Shown here: piece by piece, positions 39,002 to 49,739 of the stretch
Layout: the number at the start of each line of letters is the position of its first letter
Position numbering within the stretch: position 1 is the first letter of the stretch
NCBI GenBank assembly: GCA_964291235.2
Contig: OZ219816.1
Location: 576,001 to 640,000, forward strand
From: Vicinamibacteria bacterium
Lineage (GTDB): Bacteria; Acidobacteriota; Vicinamibacteria; Marinacidobacterales; Marinacidobacteraceae
Direction: 5' to 3'
Length of the DNA: 64,000 nt
The notes under the pieces: generated by a model
What the model saw: the letters and a program-made list of their open reading frames with translations, nothing else
The model's database searches: none
Told to the model about the DNA's origin: nothing
Translations under genes and position numbers: made by a program

Positions 39002-41222
39002 CTAACTGCCGACGCGCGCCTCGGCGGCGCCCCGGTTCCCCATGTCGTCCTCCACCTTCACCACCACCGATCCGGCGTCCTCCGGAAAATCCGGGAGCCG
39101 GGTGTCGTAGTCCTCATTCGGGGAGTCGGCGATCCCGTCCACCGGGCGCACGACGCGCGCCGGCCCGCCGTCCACGGTTATCGAGGCGCGCCGTATCGGG
39201 CTCCCGCCGTCCTGGGCCTGGAAGCGGATGGCGCCATCGGCCGACACCGTGAGACCCGTGATCACCGGCGGGGTGTTGTCCACGGTGAACGGCCGGCTGA
39301 TCCGGTTCCCGGCGAGAGACTCTCCGGGAGGATTGTCGGGAGAGTCAGACGCCTCGACCCGGAGTTCATAGCGGCCGTCAGGCATGGTCGAGGTGTCCCA
39401 GGCGACGATCGTCTCGGAGAGTCCGGACCGGAGGGGCTGCCAGGGGACGTCTCCCTGGCGCCGATAGGAAACCCGGTAGCGGAGCCGGTCACCGTTCGGA
39501 TCCTCGGCCCGGAAGCTGGCGGTGCGCACTCCGTGCAGGTAGAGCTGGCGTCCGCTCCCGGCGGGGAAGGAAGAGCCCGATTGTCCCCGCCTGGCGGCAT
39601 CGGTCCGCTCCGGCCGGTTCGCCATTCCCTGAAGACGGGGGGACGAACTGTTGAGCATTTCCTCGAACGCAATCCCGGGAGGGTGGAGGGTGATTCCGGT
39701 TACCCGGGGAGCGAGGTTGACCGGGAGATAGGCAGCTTCGAGAGAGGCCATCTCCGGTGAGGAGTTCCCGTCCGACCGCAGCGTCGCCCGCCACTGGAAA
39801 AAGCGCGCGGCGGGGCTGGGAACGGCCGTGTCCGCGGTGGCCGCCATCCAGTTGCTCCAGGTGTCGTCGGGTTCTTCCGAGTTTCCCGGTGCGCGTCTCG
39901 ACGCTCACCGCGGAGCCAGGCGGGGTCCGGGTGTCCCAGGAAATCCGGCCGAAATGGGCCGCGCCGCCGGCGTCGAGCACGCGGGACAGGTAGCTGCCCT
40001 CGGTGCGCGGGGAAGCGGAGAGCTCAAGGACCCTCCCCGGGTTCGAAGCGCCGAGCAGGGTGACCCCGCCCTCGGACACGGCCGCGGTCACCTGCTCCGA
40101 ATCGGCCCGAAACAGGAGGGTGACGTCGCCGTCGCGCGTCACGCGATAGACCCGCCCGCGGTCTCCGGTTCCGAGCAGGAGACGTTCGTCGCGCAGCATG
40201 GCCAGGGAGAGCGGCCGATCGGTGGCGGACCTCCAGATGGTCCGGGCTGCCCCGGTTGGCGCGATGCGGTAGAGCGCCCCGGCCGTCCCGTTTGCCGCGG
40301 CGGCCGCCGGTCCGGGCGCCGAGGCCGGCGCTGCCCCGGCCAGCACGCGGAACGAGGTGGTGGCCACTACCCCCGCCGCTGGAGAAGAAGTCTCCGGAGG
40401 CGGCGGGACCGCTCCGCCGCCGGTCGCCGCGCCGCGCCCGGTGTCCGCCACCGCGGCCGCGAATACTTCGCCCGCCGCGTTGACTGCCAGGGCCCGGATT
40501 TCCGCGAGGGGACTGTCGTAAAGCGCCATCGCGCCCGATGCCGCGTCGATGCGGAACACGATCCCGGACGGTTCCGTTCCGAGGTGGATCGTGCCATCGG
40601 TCGCGCGATGGAGCGCGGTGACGTTTTCCTCGCTCGTGGTGAAGACGGTTTCCGCGCTTCCCGAGGGCTGAATCCGGATCACCGAAGCCGGCATTCCGGT
40701 CGCCACCAGGATGCTGCCTCCCGGTTCGGGAACGATGGCCCAGATGTAGCGCGCTTCCGGCTGGAAGAAGACTCCGCGCTCCCCTCCGGGGAGGATTCGC
40801 TGCACACTCCCGCCCGGTGCGGTGGCGAAATAGACGGCGCCGTCGGGTCCCACCGCGACGGCGTGAATTCCGGCTTCTCCAGTGTCGGCGAGCACCTCCG
40901 CCGCTCCGTCGCGGACCCGGATCAGGGTCCCCTGAGCCCCTCCGCCGGCGACTACCCCACCCGAGCCGTCCGGGGCCAGGGACCACACGAAAGGCTGCTC
41001 CGATTCGTGCAGGGCGCGCAGCGCGGGCGCCAGCCGGACCTGGCCCTCCGGCCCGATGCTGACTCCCTCGCTCTCTCCCGCGAGGAAGTCCTCCGACGTT
41101 TCGAAGCGCCAGAAGTCCCGGTTCCCTGCAAAACCCGCCGCCGCGGCTGCCGCCGCCAGCAGTGCGGCCAGCACGCGGGGCTTCCAGGCGCCCGGGTTGC
41201 GGCGCGCGATGCACGTGCTCAT
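39002..41222 (-). pseudogene. Secreted beta-propeller/fibronectin-like protein split by a 1-bp frameshift near 39883
   Basis: Removing one A from GGGAAAC restores TRTGNSEEPDDTWSNW and joins ORFs 39489-41294 and 39002-39847; ATG overlaps the upstream TGA. Confidence 0.75.
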
Positions 41223-43066
41223 CGGGATTCCACCTGCAGGGTCAACTGCCGGGAACCGGTAACGGTGGCGTCGAAGTCGAGATGTCCCTCCCACAGCACC
41301 GAAGCGGGAAGTTCCCGAATGAGACCGCCCGAGGAATCCCGGGAAATCACGGATCGCACGCTGGGCGGCAGCGACGGCAGGTACTCGCCGCCGACGACCG
41401 CCGCGTTTCGCCCGGATCCGAGGAGCCGCACGTAGAGGCGGCTCTGCCGGCGGTGGCGGGCGATGGCGCGATAAATCTGTTCCACGCTGACCGGCGTGCC
41501 GCTGACGCCCTGCCGCTGGTCCGAGAGCGCCGCCGAGAGGGCGTCGGCGACGAGCAGCGTCAGGCGACTGCCCGCGGCGCTCCGGGGGATCGGCACTTCC
41601 ACCTCGCGGGTGCGTTCCGATCCGCGGAAGTCCTTCAGCGCGATCCGGAGGGTGGCGCTCTCTCCGGGCCGGACTCTCGATGAACGGAGCCAGGCGCGGC
41701 TCAGGGTAGCGGCCTGCGCCTCTTCGCTGGCCGAGATCTCCACCTCGATCTCCCGGACCGGAATCCGCTCCACCGGGTTGCCCAGGAGGAGCGCGAGCGG
41801 AGCGGCCACCAGGGCGGCGGCGCTGGTGACCACGCCGGGACCGCCGGAGGCGAAGACGTCCTCGACCGGGAGAGTGCGACCACCGTCGAGGCCGATGCGG
41901 GCGCCGAGCCGGATTGTCTGGGTTCCCGCGGGACGTTCTTCCTGGGTCAGGATGGACACCAGGCCGGAGAAGGCCAAGAGCGGACTGAACAGGTCGTGAT
42001 CCACGAGTTCCAGGTTGTACTGGCGGCGGCCGCCGCGACTGCCTTCCACCTCGATCCGCATCGGGATGGTGCGGGCGCGGGCCCCCAGCCGGCCCCTGAT
42101 GCCGGTGGCTCGATCCTGCTGCCAGACGCCGATCGGGGCCCCGGCGCTCGCCAGCTTGAACGAGTTCTGGAGCGAGGCGACGCTTGCCTCCACGCGAGCC
42201 GCCTGCATGGGAATCGAGATGCTGCCGAGGCCGGTGAACGGGTGTCCGAACGCGAACACCTCACCCGTGCCCTCGTCCACGTGGGTGACGGTTCCACTGG
42301 CCATCAGGACCATGTCTCCGCCGATGAGGGTGGCGCCCACCGGACTTCCCGGACTGAGGGCGGGCGGGTCCGGCTGCTGGCCGGCGCCCCGGCGAGCGGT
42401 CCCCGTGAGTCCGCCGTGAGCGAGCTCCATCCCCAGTTGGCGGAACAACGGCGCGAGGATCCGGTGTGCGCTGGAACTGAGGCCACTCGCGGTCACCGGG
42501 GTCCGGATGGGAAGCAACTGTTGCCCGTCCCGGTCGATACCGGGCTCGGAGACCGGCGCCGGATCGAAAGAGGGCTGCCCCGCGGGGGAAAAGCGCAGGG
42601 CGGGAGCCGCCCCGGAAGAACCGCCGCTGCTGAGGGGCATTTCGGTGAACCGGACCATCTCCTCGAACGGGGTGATGCCGCAGATGGGGTCCTTCGCGAA
42701 GGGGAACGCGTACGCCACGGCGCCCAGCAGGCGCCCGTCCACGTACACCGGGCTCCCGCTCATCCCCTGCATGACTCCGGTGTGGGCGAGCGGACCGCCG
42801 GACAGGTTGGCCAGCACGATGCTGCGGCCCGGCATGGCGCCCTCCAGCACCCCCACGATTTCCACCCCGAAGGTCTCCACCTCCTCGCCCGAAAAGGCGG
42901 TGCGGCCCTCTCCCACCATCCCCGGCCGCACTTCGTCGAGGGGCAGGATGGCGGTCTGGGCGGCGGCTTGGGATGCGACGGCGGTCCATGCGACGAGCAG
43001 ACACGCCCCGCGAAGATGGGCTTTCAAGGTGAACTCCGGGGAGGGCGGAATGCTACCGCCCGTCAT
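41219..43066 (-). CDS. SpoIVB/S55 peptidase domain protein
   Basis: GVMQGMSGSPVY, AFGHPF and signal-like N-terminus. Confidence 0.88.
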   Translation of the reverse strand: MTGGSIPPSPEFTLKAHLRGACLLVAWTAVASQAAAQTAILPLDEVRPGMVGEGRTAFSGEEVETFGVEIVGVLEGAMPGRSIVLANLSGGPLAHTGVMQGMSGSPVYVDGRLLGAVAYAFPFAKDPICGITPFEEMVRFTEMPLSSGGSSGAAPALRFSPAGQPSFDPAPVSEPGIDRDGQQLLPIRTPVTASGLSSSAHRILAPLFRQLGMELAHGGLTGTARRGAGQQPDPPALSPGSPVGATLIGGDMVLMASGTVTHVDEGTGEVFAFGHPFTGLGSISIPMQAARVEASVASLQNSFKLASAGAPIGVWQQDRATGIRGRLGARARTIPMRIEVEGSRGGRRQYNLELVDHDLFSPLLAFSGLVSILTQEERPAGTQTIRLGARIGLDGGRTLPVEDVFASGGPGVVTSAAALVAAPLALLLGNPVERIPVREIEVEISASEEAQAATLSRAWLRSSRVRPGESATLRIALKDFRGSERTREVEVPIPRSAAGSRLTLLVADALSAALSDQRQGVSGTPVSVEQIYRAIARHRRQSRLYVRLLGSGRNAAVVGGEYLPSLPPSVRSVISRDSSGGLIRELPASVLWEGHLDFDATVTGSRQLTLQVESR

Positions 43067-43142
43067 GCGCCTCTCTCCGCCAGGGGAAGTGAGAGCGCGT
43101 CCGGGAGCGGGCGCGGCGCCGGGTTTGGCTGCGAATTGGCGC

Positions 43143-43619
43143 CTATGGCGCTGGCCCGGCTACGGACAGCGGCCGCACGACCCGGTAGCAGCGATCCATC
43201 CACTCGTCGTACTGGGATTCCTGCGCCCCGGCAAGCGCGTTCTCGTATCCGCGTTCGGGATCGAGCAGGAAGCGGAACGCCCGGAAGTGATCGTCGCAGG
43301 TGTCGGCCAGGTACTGGGACTCGGCTCCGGCAAGCCGGGCCCGGACGACATCCACTCCGTCCTGAGTGTCGTCGCCGTCATTCATGGCCACCGAAACCAT
43401 GACCACCAGGACCTGCATGCACTCCTGATAGGCCACCAGCTCGACCGATTGGCGGAGCTGGTCGCGGAACTGGATGGGGATCTGCTGCGCCGCGGTTTGG
43501 GCAAGCACCGTGCACGTGGCGCGCAGCGGGAGCTCCCCGCCCGGCAGGTCCGTCGGATGTGGCGTGTCGTCTGCAGGAGACATCATCTGGATCGTCGTAC
43601 AGCCGAGTCCGGCCGACAC
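43143..43619 (-). CDS. Hypothetical protein (start uncertain)
   Basis: Fills the gap between genes with protein-like, non-shadow composition; no recognised motif. Confidence 0.5.
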   Translation of the reverse strand: MSAGLGCTTIQMMSPADDTPHPTDLPGGELPLRATCTVLAQTAAQQIPIQFRDQLRQSVELVAYQECMQVLVVMVSVAMNDGDDTQDGVDVVRARLAGAESQYLADTCDDHFRAFRFLLDPERGYENALAGAQESQYDEWMDRCYRVVRPLSVAGPAP

Positions 43620-43756
43620 GAGCAGGGAAAGGGTGAGTCTCAGGATCCGACCATCCTCTCACGACGCGCACGCATTCGACGTGCCAGACCGATCCGGGGC
43701 CCATGAATCGCGACCCTGATCCCTTCCGAGTCCTACACTCTCCGGTTTGGCGCACG

Positions 43757-44812
43757 ATGTCCGACGACCGCTACTCCCGCCAGACGCTCTTTTCCGGAAT
43801 CGGCGTCGAGGGACAGGAACGATTGGGCCGCGGCCGGGTCCTGGTAGTGGGAGCCGGAGCGCTCGGCTCCGCCGCGCTCGACATGCTGGTGAGAGCCGGG
43901 GTCGGAACGGTGCGGTTCGTGGACCGTGACACCGTCGAGACTTCGAACCTGCAGCGACAGTCCCTCTACGACGAACAGGACGCCCGCGAGGGAATCCCGA
44001 AGGCCGAAGCGGCGCGCCGGCGGCTGGCGGCGGTGAACCCCGAAGTAACGCTCGAGCCGCTCGCGCTCGATCTCCACCCCGGGAACATCCGCGAAGTCAT
44101 GGGCGGAGCGGACCTGGTGCTGGACGCCACCGACAACTTCGAGACGCGCTATCTCATCAACGACGCGGCCATCGCCACCGACACTCCCTGGATCTACGCG
44201 GCGGTGGTCGGGAGCTACGGGATGACGCTCACCGTCCTTCCGGGCCGTACCGGGTGTCTGCGCTGCGTGGTCCCCGACATCCCGCCTCCGGGCGTCTCCC
44301 CGACCTGCGACACCGCGGGGGTGATCGCGCCGGCGGTGCAGGCGGTGGCGTCCTACGCGGTAACCGAGGCCCTGAAGCTCCTGGCCGGGCGGGAGGAGGC
44401 GCTTTCCAGCGGCATCTGGCATCTCGATGTGTGGGAGCGAAACGCCTACCGCATGGATGTCGGCGCTCCCGATCCCGAATGCCCCGCGTGCGGCCGGCGC
44501 GAGTTCCCGTTTCTGGACGGAGACGCCGGCGGATCGCTGCTGACCCTGTGCGGGCGCAACGCGGTCCAGGTGCGGCCGGCTGCCGCGAGCCCTCCGGCGG
44601 GAGCCGGCGATGCGGATTTTCTCGACCGGCTGGGTGGGCGGCTCGGCGCGTTGCCCGAGGTGCGCGACTCGCTGCGGGTCACCCGGCACCTGCTGCAATT
44701 CGAAGTCGGAGAGCGGCGCCTGGTGGTCTTCCCCGATGGGCGGGCGATCGTGCACGGAAGCGGCGACCCGGCGGAGGCGCGAACGCTGGTCTCCCGCTAC
44801 ATCGGAAACTGA
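43757..44812 (+). CDS. ThiF/MoeB family adenylyltransferase
   Basis: RYSRQ, GAGALG, SNLQRQ, DATDNF, CLRC, TCDTAGV and CPAC motifs. Confidence 0.92.
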   Translation: MSDDRYSRQTLFSGIGVEGQERLGRGRVLVVGAGALGSAALDMLVRAGVGTVRFVDRDTVETSNLQRQSLYDEQDAREGIPKAEAARRRLAAVNPEVTLEPLALDLHPGNIREVMGGADLVLDATDNFETRYLINDAAIATDTPWIYAAVVGSYGMTLTVLPGRTGCLRCVVPDIPPPGVSPTCDTAGVIAPAVQAVASYAVTEALKLLAGREEALSSGIWHLDVWERNAYRMDVGAPDPECPACGRREFPFLDGDAGGSLLTLCGRNAVQVRPAAASPPAGAGDADFLDRLGGRLGALPEVRDSLRVTRHLLQFEVGERRLVVFPDGRAIVHGSGDPAEARTLVSRYIGN

Positions 44813-44814
44813 CG

Positions 44815-45915
44815 ATGACATCCTCGGACTCGTTGTTGCGGGCCCCCTCCGGGGCGGTCACCCACGTGGGAGACGCGGCGCGCCGCCGCCGCCGCGTGGA
44901 GGAAACCGCCGCCGGGGTGTTCCGCGGTTGGGGCTACGAGGAGATCCTCCTGCCGCTCTTCGACCACGCGGACGTGTTCGCGCGGGGCGGGGGGCGCTGG
45001 TCGGAGCGATCCAGTTACCGGTTCACCGAGGGCGGAGACCTGCTGGCGCTCCGGGCCGACTTCACCGCGCTGGCGGCGCGCGCGGCCGTGACCCGGCTGT
45101 CTCCGGAAACGGAGCGCCTCTTCTATCGCGGCGAGGTGGTGCGGCGTCCGCGCCGCGGACTTGGACCGTCCGCCTTCCGGGAGGTGGGGCTGGAGCACTT
45201 CGCCGCCGGGCCGGCGGCCGATCTCGAGATTCTGATGGTCGCGCTCGAGGTGCTGGAGCGGCTCGGGCTGCCCGGGTTCGTGTTCACGTTGGGGCACGCC
45301 GGCTACCCGTTGGGCCTCCTGGAGGAGGCGCTTTCCGGGGTTTCGGATCGGGATGAGCGGCGCGCGGAGGCGCTGCGGGGTCTCTGGCGGCGCGATCCGT
45401 CCCGGATCCGGTCCGCCCTCGGGTCAGGCGGAGCAAGGCTCGTTCAGACGCTCGAACTCTTTGGCGGGAAGGAAGTGCTGGCAATAGCGGATCGGGGCTC
45501 CCTCCCCGGGCGGGCGCGACAGGCTGCCCGCGAACTCGCCGGAACCGCCCGGGTACTCGAAGACCTGGGCCTTTCGGAGCGGTTCCGCTTTGATCTGGCC
45601 GAACTGCGCGGCTTCGACTACTACACGGGGCTCATCTTCGAGATCCATGCCCCCGGCGCCGGCCGGGAAATCGGGGGAGGGGGCCGCTACGACGACCTGC
45701 TCGCGAACTTCGGCGCCCCGCGCCCGGCGGTGGGATTTTCGCTCTCGGTGGACGGGGTCGCCGGGGTCCTGCCGCAAGCTGCGGAATCCGCCGGCGGCGC
45801 GATCGAGTCCATTGAGCGGGGAGCGGACACCGAGACCGGGCTGGCGGCCCGTTTCCGGGCGGCCCGAACCGCCCGGCGCGGCGGCGCGTCCGTCCGTTTC
45901 GAGTCTTCCTCCTGA
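44815..45915 (+). CDS. hisZ: ATP phosphoribosyltransferase regulatory subunit
   Basis: LRADFT, YYTGLIF and GGGRYD HisRS-like motifs; precedes the short hisG. Confidence 0.9.
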   Translation: MTSSDSLLRAPSGAVTHVGDAARRRRRVEETAAGVFRGWGYEEILLPLFDHADVFARGGGRWSERSSYRFTEGGDLLALRADFTALAARAAVTRLSPETERLFYRGEVVRRPRRGLGPSAFREVGLEHFAAGPAADLEILMVALEVLERLGLPGFVFTLGHAGYPLGLLEEALSGVSDRDERRAEALRGLWRRDPSRIRSALGSGGARLVQTLELFGGKEVLAIADRGSLPGRARQAARELAGTARVLEDLGLSERFRFDLAELRGFDYYTGLIFEIHAPGAGREIGGGGRYDDLLANFGAPRPAVGFSLSVDGVAGVLPQAAESAGGAIESIERGADTETGLAARFRAARTARRGGASVRFESSS

Positions 45916-45987
45916 TCCCGGCTGCGGGAGGCGCCCGCGACCCGGTCCTCCGTGTGGAGGCCGCCCCCTAGAATCCCCGGCTCGCCC

Positions 45988-46611
45988 ATGGAACCTCCGC
46001 TCGTCGCCGCCCTCCCCACTGGGCGGCTGCTGCGGGCGGCGGGCGAGGTGCTGCGGCGGGCGGGAGTGCCGCTGCCCGATGGGAGTGCCGATCGCCGGCT
46101 GCGCCTTTCGGGGAACGGAATGGAGGTGCTGTTCGCGAAGGACCGCGACGTGCCCATCTACGTGGAGCACGGGGTGGCGGACCTCGGCGTGGTGGGCCGC
46201 GACATTCTCGAGGAGCAGCCGGCCCACATCTACGAACCGCTCGATCTCGGTCTCGGCCGCTGCCGGATGGTGATGGCGCGCCCGGCAGCCCGGCCCCTGC
46301 CGGAGCCGCCGCTCCGGATCGCGACCAAGTATCCGTCGGTAACGGCCCGGTATTACGGCGCCCGAGGGATTCCCGTCGAACTCATCCGGCTTTCCGGCGC
46401 CATCGAGCTGGCGCCGACCATGGATCTTGCCGATGCCGTCGTCGATCTCGTGGAAACCGGCGCCACCCTCCGCGAAAACGGCCTTCTCGAGGAGGAAACC
46501 CTTTTCGAGAGCAGTGCCCGGGTGGTGGTGAACCGCGCCGCCTTCCGCCTTCGCGGGCCCGAGCTCCAGTCGCTTCTGCGCCGCTTCGAAGCGGCAATGG
46601 CGAGCGGATGA
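45988..46611 (+). CDS. hisG: ATP phosphoribosyltransferase, short form
   Basis: ALPTGR, DVPIYV, IATKY and DLVETGATLRENGL motifs. Confidence 0.95.
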   Translation: MEPPLVAALPTGRLLRAAGEVLRRAGVPLPDGSADRRLRLSGNGMEVLFAKDRDVPIYVEHGVADLGVVGRDILEEQPAHIYEPLDLGLGRCRMVMARPAARPLPEPPLRIATKYPSVTARYYGARGIPVELIRLSGAIELAPTMDLADAVVDLVETGATLRENGLLEEETLFESSARVVVNRAAFRLRGPELQSLLRRFEAAMASG

Positions 46612-47969
46612 GCGGGGCGGCTCCGGAGCCCCCGGGTCCTTTCGAAGTCCCGATTTTCGAGGGGATCGATTCCTACCGCAACGATCCGAGGCTCGCCGGG
46701 ATGAGTCATGGAGCGGGCGATCCGGCCGTTCGGGAAGCCACCGCCGGCATCCTGGAACGCGTGCGGCGGGAAGGAGACGCCGCCCTCGTCGATCTGGCCC
46801 GCCGGTTCGATGCGCCTGATTTCGATGCCTCCCGGCTTCGGGTGTCGCCGGATGAGCTTGGCCGGCTGGCCGCGGGCGCCGGGTCGGAGGAACGCTCGCT
46901 GCTCGCCCGCACCCGGGACCGCATCGCCGCCTACCACGGGCGCCAGCACGAGGCGTCGTTCCGGATGGACATCGACGGCGGCTCCCGTCTCGAGTGGCGC
47001 ACGCTGCCGATCGCGGCCGCCGGTGTGTATGTGCCCGGCGGCGCCGCGGTCTATCCCTCCACCGTCCTGATGAACACCGTTCCCGCCGCGGTGGCCGGGG
47101 TTCGGCGAATCGCGCTTGCCACCCCTCCCGGCGCGCTCGAACGGAGCCCGGTGCTCGCGGCGGCGATCGAAGCGGCGGGGGTGACCGAGGTGTACCGGAT
47201 CGGCGGGGCCCAGGCCATCGCCGCCTTCGCGTTTGGAACGGCGACGGTGGGCCCGGTAAACATGGTGGTGGGACCGGGGAACGCCTACGTGGCCGAAGCC
47301 AAGCGCCAGCTCGCCGACCGGATCGGCACCGACGCCTTCGCCGGACCTTCGGAGGTGGTGGTGCTCGCCGACGGGACCGCCCGCGCCGACTGGGTCGCCG
47401 CCGATCTGCTGGCGCAGGCCGAACACGGTTCCGGAGAAGAGCGGGCCGTCCTGATCACGACGTCCCCCGAGCTTGCCGAGGCCACGGTCGCCGAGCTGGT
47501 GCGGCAGGCGCCCGGCCAGCCGAATGCGGAGACGATCGCCCGGGCGCTCGCCCGTCACGGCGCCGTGGTGGTCGTCGAAGGCATCGAGGAAGCTGTCCGG
47601 CTGGCCGAGGAACTCGCCCCCGAGCACCTGCAGGTAATGACGGCCGACCCGGAAGCGCTCGCGGACCGGTTGCCGGGGGCCGGCGCGGTACTGCTCGGCC
47701 ACCATTCGCCCGTGGCCATCGGAGACTACGGCGCGGGCCCGAACCACGTCCTGCCAACCGGTGGAACGGCCCGCTTCGCCTCTCCGCTCTCGGTGGGCGA
47801 TTTCCAGAAGCGGCAGAGTGTTCTTTCGTACCGGCGCGAAACCCTGGCAGCCCAGCGGGAGGACTTCGAGCGCTTCGCCCGCATCGAGGGGTTCGAGGCG
47901 CACGCCCGATCCATCGCGGTGCGGTTCGGCGACCGCCGCGCGCCCGAGACTCCGGCAACTCCCGATTAG
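46608..47969 (+). CDS. hisD: Histidinol dehydrogenase
   Basis: YVPGG, GPGNAYV, AGPSE, QAEH, APEHL and GPNHVLPT motifs. Confidence 0.97.
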   Translation: MSGAAPEPPGPFEVPIFEGIDSYRNDPRLAGMSHGAGDPAVREATAGILERVRREGDAALVDLARRFDAPDFDASRLRVSPDELGRLAAGAGSEERSLLARTRDRIAAYHGRQHEASFRMDIDGGSRLEWRTLPIAAAGVYVPGGAAVYPSTVLMNTVPAAVAGVRRIALATPPGALERSPVLAAAIEAAGVTEVYRIGGAQAIAAFAFGTATVGPVNMVVGPGNAYVAEAKRQLADRIGTDAFAGPSEVVVLADGTARADWVAADLLAQAEHGSGEERAVLITTSPELAEATVAELVRQAPGQPNAETIARALARHGAVVVVEGIEEAVRLAEELAPEHLQVMTADPEALADRLPGAGAVLLGHHSPVAIGDYGAGPNHVLPTGGTARFASPLSVGDFQKRQSVLSYRRETLAAQREDFERFARIEGFEAHARSIAVRFGDRRAPETPATPD

Positions 47970-47990
47970 CGTTCCGCTAGATTGCCAGCC

Positions 47991-49118
47991 ATGAAACCAG
48001 TTCCGCTGGACGCGATCCGGGCCGAGGTGTTCGAGCTCGCCCCCGACATCGGATCCCGTCCGGACGTCCCCATCTACCTCGATTGGAACGAGAGTCGCTG
48101 GCCGCTTCCCGAGGGTGTTCTCGCCGGGATGGCGGAGGCGGTCGCCGGCACGGACGCCCGGCCGTATCCCGACCGCGGGTATCCGGAGGTTCGCGAGGCG
48201 ATCGCGCGCCTCGCGGACTGGACGCCGGAAGGAGTGGCGTTCGGAAACGGCGGCGACGACATGTTGGCGTTGATCGCGCTCGCCACGACCGGTTCCGGAC
48301 GCCGCGCCCTGTACCCATCTCCGGGTTTTTCCATGTATCCGTGGGCGGTTCGGCTCGCGGGCGGGGAGCCGAGTCCGGTGTCGCTGGCGGAGGACCTCTC
48401 CTACGACGTCCCCGCGTTCCTGCGGCGGATCGAGTCCGAGCAGCCCTCGCTCATCTTCATCACGAACCCTCACAACCCGACGGGACAGCGGCTGCCGCTC
48501 GACGCGCTTCGGGAACTGGCCGAGGCGGCGCCGGGATTCTTGCTGGTGGATGAGGCCTACCACGAGTTCAGCGGGCAAAACGCCCGTCCGCTGCTGGACG
48601 AGTTCCAGAATGTGATCCTGTTGCGGACGTTTTCGAAGGCGATGGCGATGGCGGGCGCCCGGCTCGGCTATCTGCTCGGCGCCCCGGACGCGATCTTCAA
48701 CATCCGGCGGGCCCAGCCGCCGTTCCCGGTCGGTGTCTATACCTGCCGGGCGGCTTCCGCGGTCATGAGGCGGCGCGACGCCCTGCTCGAAATGACCGTC
48801 AGGATCACGGCGGAACGGGAATCGCTCGCGGGGCGGCTGGCGGCGGTGCCCGGGGTGTCGGTCTGGTCTTCGCACACGAATTTCCTCCTCTTCAGGACCC
48901 CGATGGAGAGCACCGTGCTGGCCCGCCGGCTTCTCGACCGGGGGGTGGCGCTCCGCGACTTCTCGCGTCATCCGCTCCTCCAGGGCACGCTCCGCGTCAC
49001 CGTGGGGACACCGGAGGAGAACGTGGTCTTCCTGGCAGCGCTTGCAGATTCGTTGTCCCGGCGGGTTCAGGATTCGGAACTTCAGGTTGCCGGGGAACCG
49101 GAGTCTCCCGTCGCATGA
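47991..49118 (+). CDS. hisC: Histidinol-phosphate aminotransferase
   Basis: NPHNPTG, DEAY and RTFSKA..GARLGY motifs. Confidence 0.93.
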   Translation: MKPVPLDAIRAEVFELAPDIGSRPDVPIYLDWNESRWPLPEGVLAGMAEAVAGTDARPYPDRGYPEVREAIARLADWTPEGVAFGNGGDDMLALIALATTGSGRRALYPSPGFSMYPWAVRLAGGEPSPVSLAEDLSYDVPAFLRRIESEQPSLIFITNPHNPTGQRLPLDALRELAEAAPGFLLVDEAYHEFSGQNARPLLDEFQNVILLRTFSKAMAMAGARLGYLLGAPDAIFNIRRAQPPFPVGVYTCRAASAVMRRRDALLEMTVRITAERESLAGRLAAVPGVSVWSSHTNFLLFRTPMESTVLARRLLDRGVALRDFSRHPLLQGTLRVTVGTPEENVVFLAALADSLSRRVQDSELQVAGEPESPVA

Positions 49119-49738
49119 GCGGTTCCGCTCCACCGCAAGCCGGGGCGCGCCGGCGCACGGCTGCCCGGTTGCGGGAGACGCGCGAAACGCGCGTCCGGAT
49201 CGCGCTCGATCTCGACCCGGCGGTCCCGGCGGCCGAAGTCTCCACCGGTATCGGTTTTTTCGATCACATGCTGGAAGCGTTGGCCCGTCATTCCGGGATC
49301 GCGCTGACCGTAGAGGCGGCAGGCGACCTGCATGTGGACGCCCACCACACCATGGAGGATGTCGGGCTGACGCTCGGCGACTGCCTCGCCGAGGCCCTCG
49401 GCGACCTGAAGGGGGTACGCCGATTCGGGACCGCGCACGTTCCGCTCGACGAGGCGCTCTCGCGTGTCGTGGTGGATCTCTGCGGCCGGCCGTTTCTGGC
49501 CTGGCGGGTGGCCTTCTTTGCCGAGCGGGTAGGCGAGACCCCCACGGAACTCTTCGAGGACTTCTTCCGCGCCCTGACCGACCGGGGCCGGTTCACGGTC
49601 CACGTGGACGGGCTCACCGGCCGCAACAGCCACCACATCGCGGAGACGGTTTTCAAGGCCTTCGCCCGGGCCTTCGCCGACGCGAAGGAAGTCGTGGGAG
49701 GCGCGGTTCCCTCGACCAAGGGCTCGCTCTCGGTCTGA
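49115..49738 (+). CDS. hisB: Imidazoleglycerol-phosphate dehydratase
   Basis: FFDHML, DAHHTMED, NSHHIAE and PSTKG motifs. Confidence 0.96.
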   Translation: MSGSAPPQAGARRRTAARLRETRETRVRIALDLDPAVPAAEVSTGIGFFDHMLEALARHSGIALTVEAAGDLHVDAHHTMEDVGLTLGDCLAEALGDLKGVRRFGTAHVPLDEALSRVVVDLCGRPFLAWRVAFFAERVGETPTELFEDFFRALTDRGRFTVHVDGLTGRNSHHIAETVFKAFARAFADAKEVVGGAVPSTKGSLSV

Positions 49739-49739
49739 C

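Noticed and set aside
39881-39887. GGGAAAC as a programmed -1 frameshift site
   Set aside because: The codon phase is GGG-AAA-C, not G-GGA-AAC, and joining the halves needs a +1 shift; an error or mutation is more likely.
46353-49133. Long antisense ORFs (926 aa here; also 1044-3416, 30142-32310, 35723-38107, 55407-57008)
   Set aside because: Shadow ORFs opposite well-supported genes, expected at this GC content.
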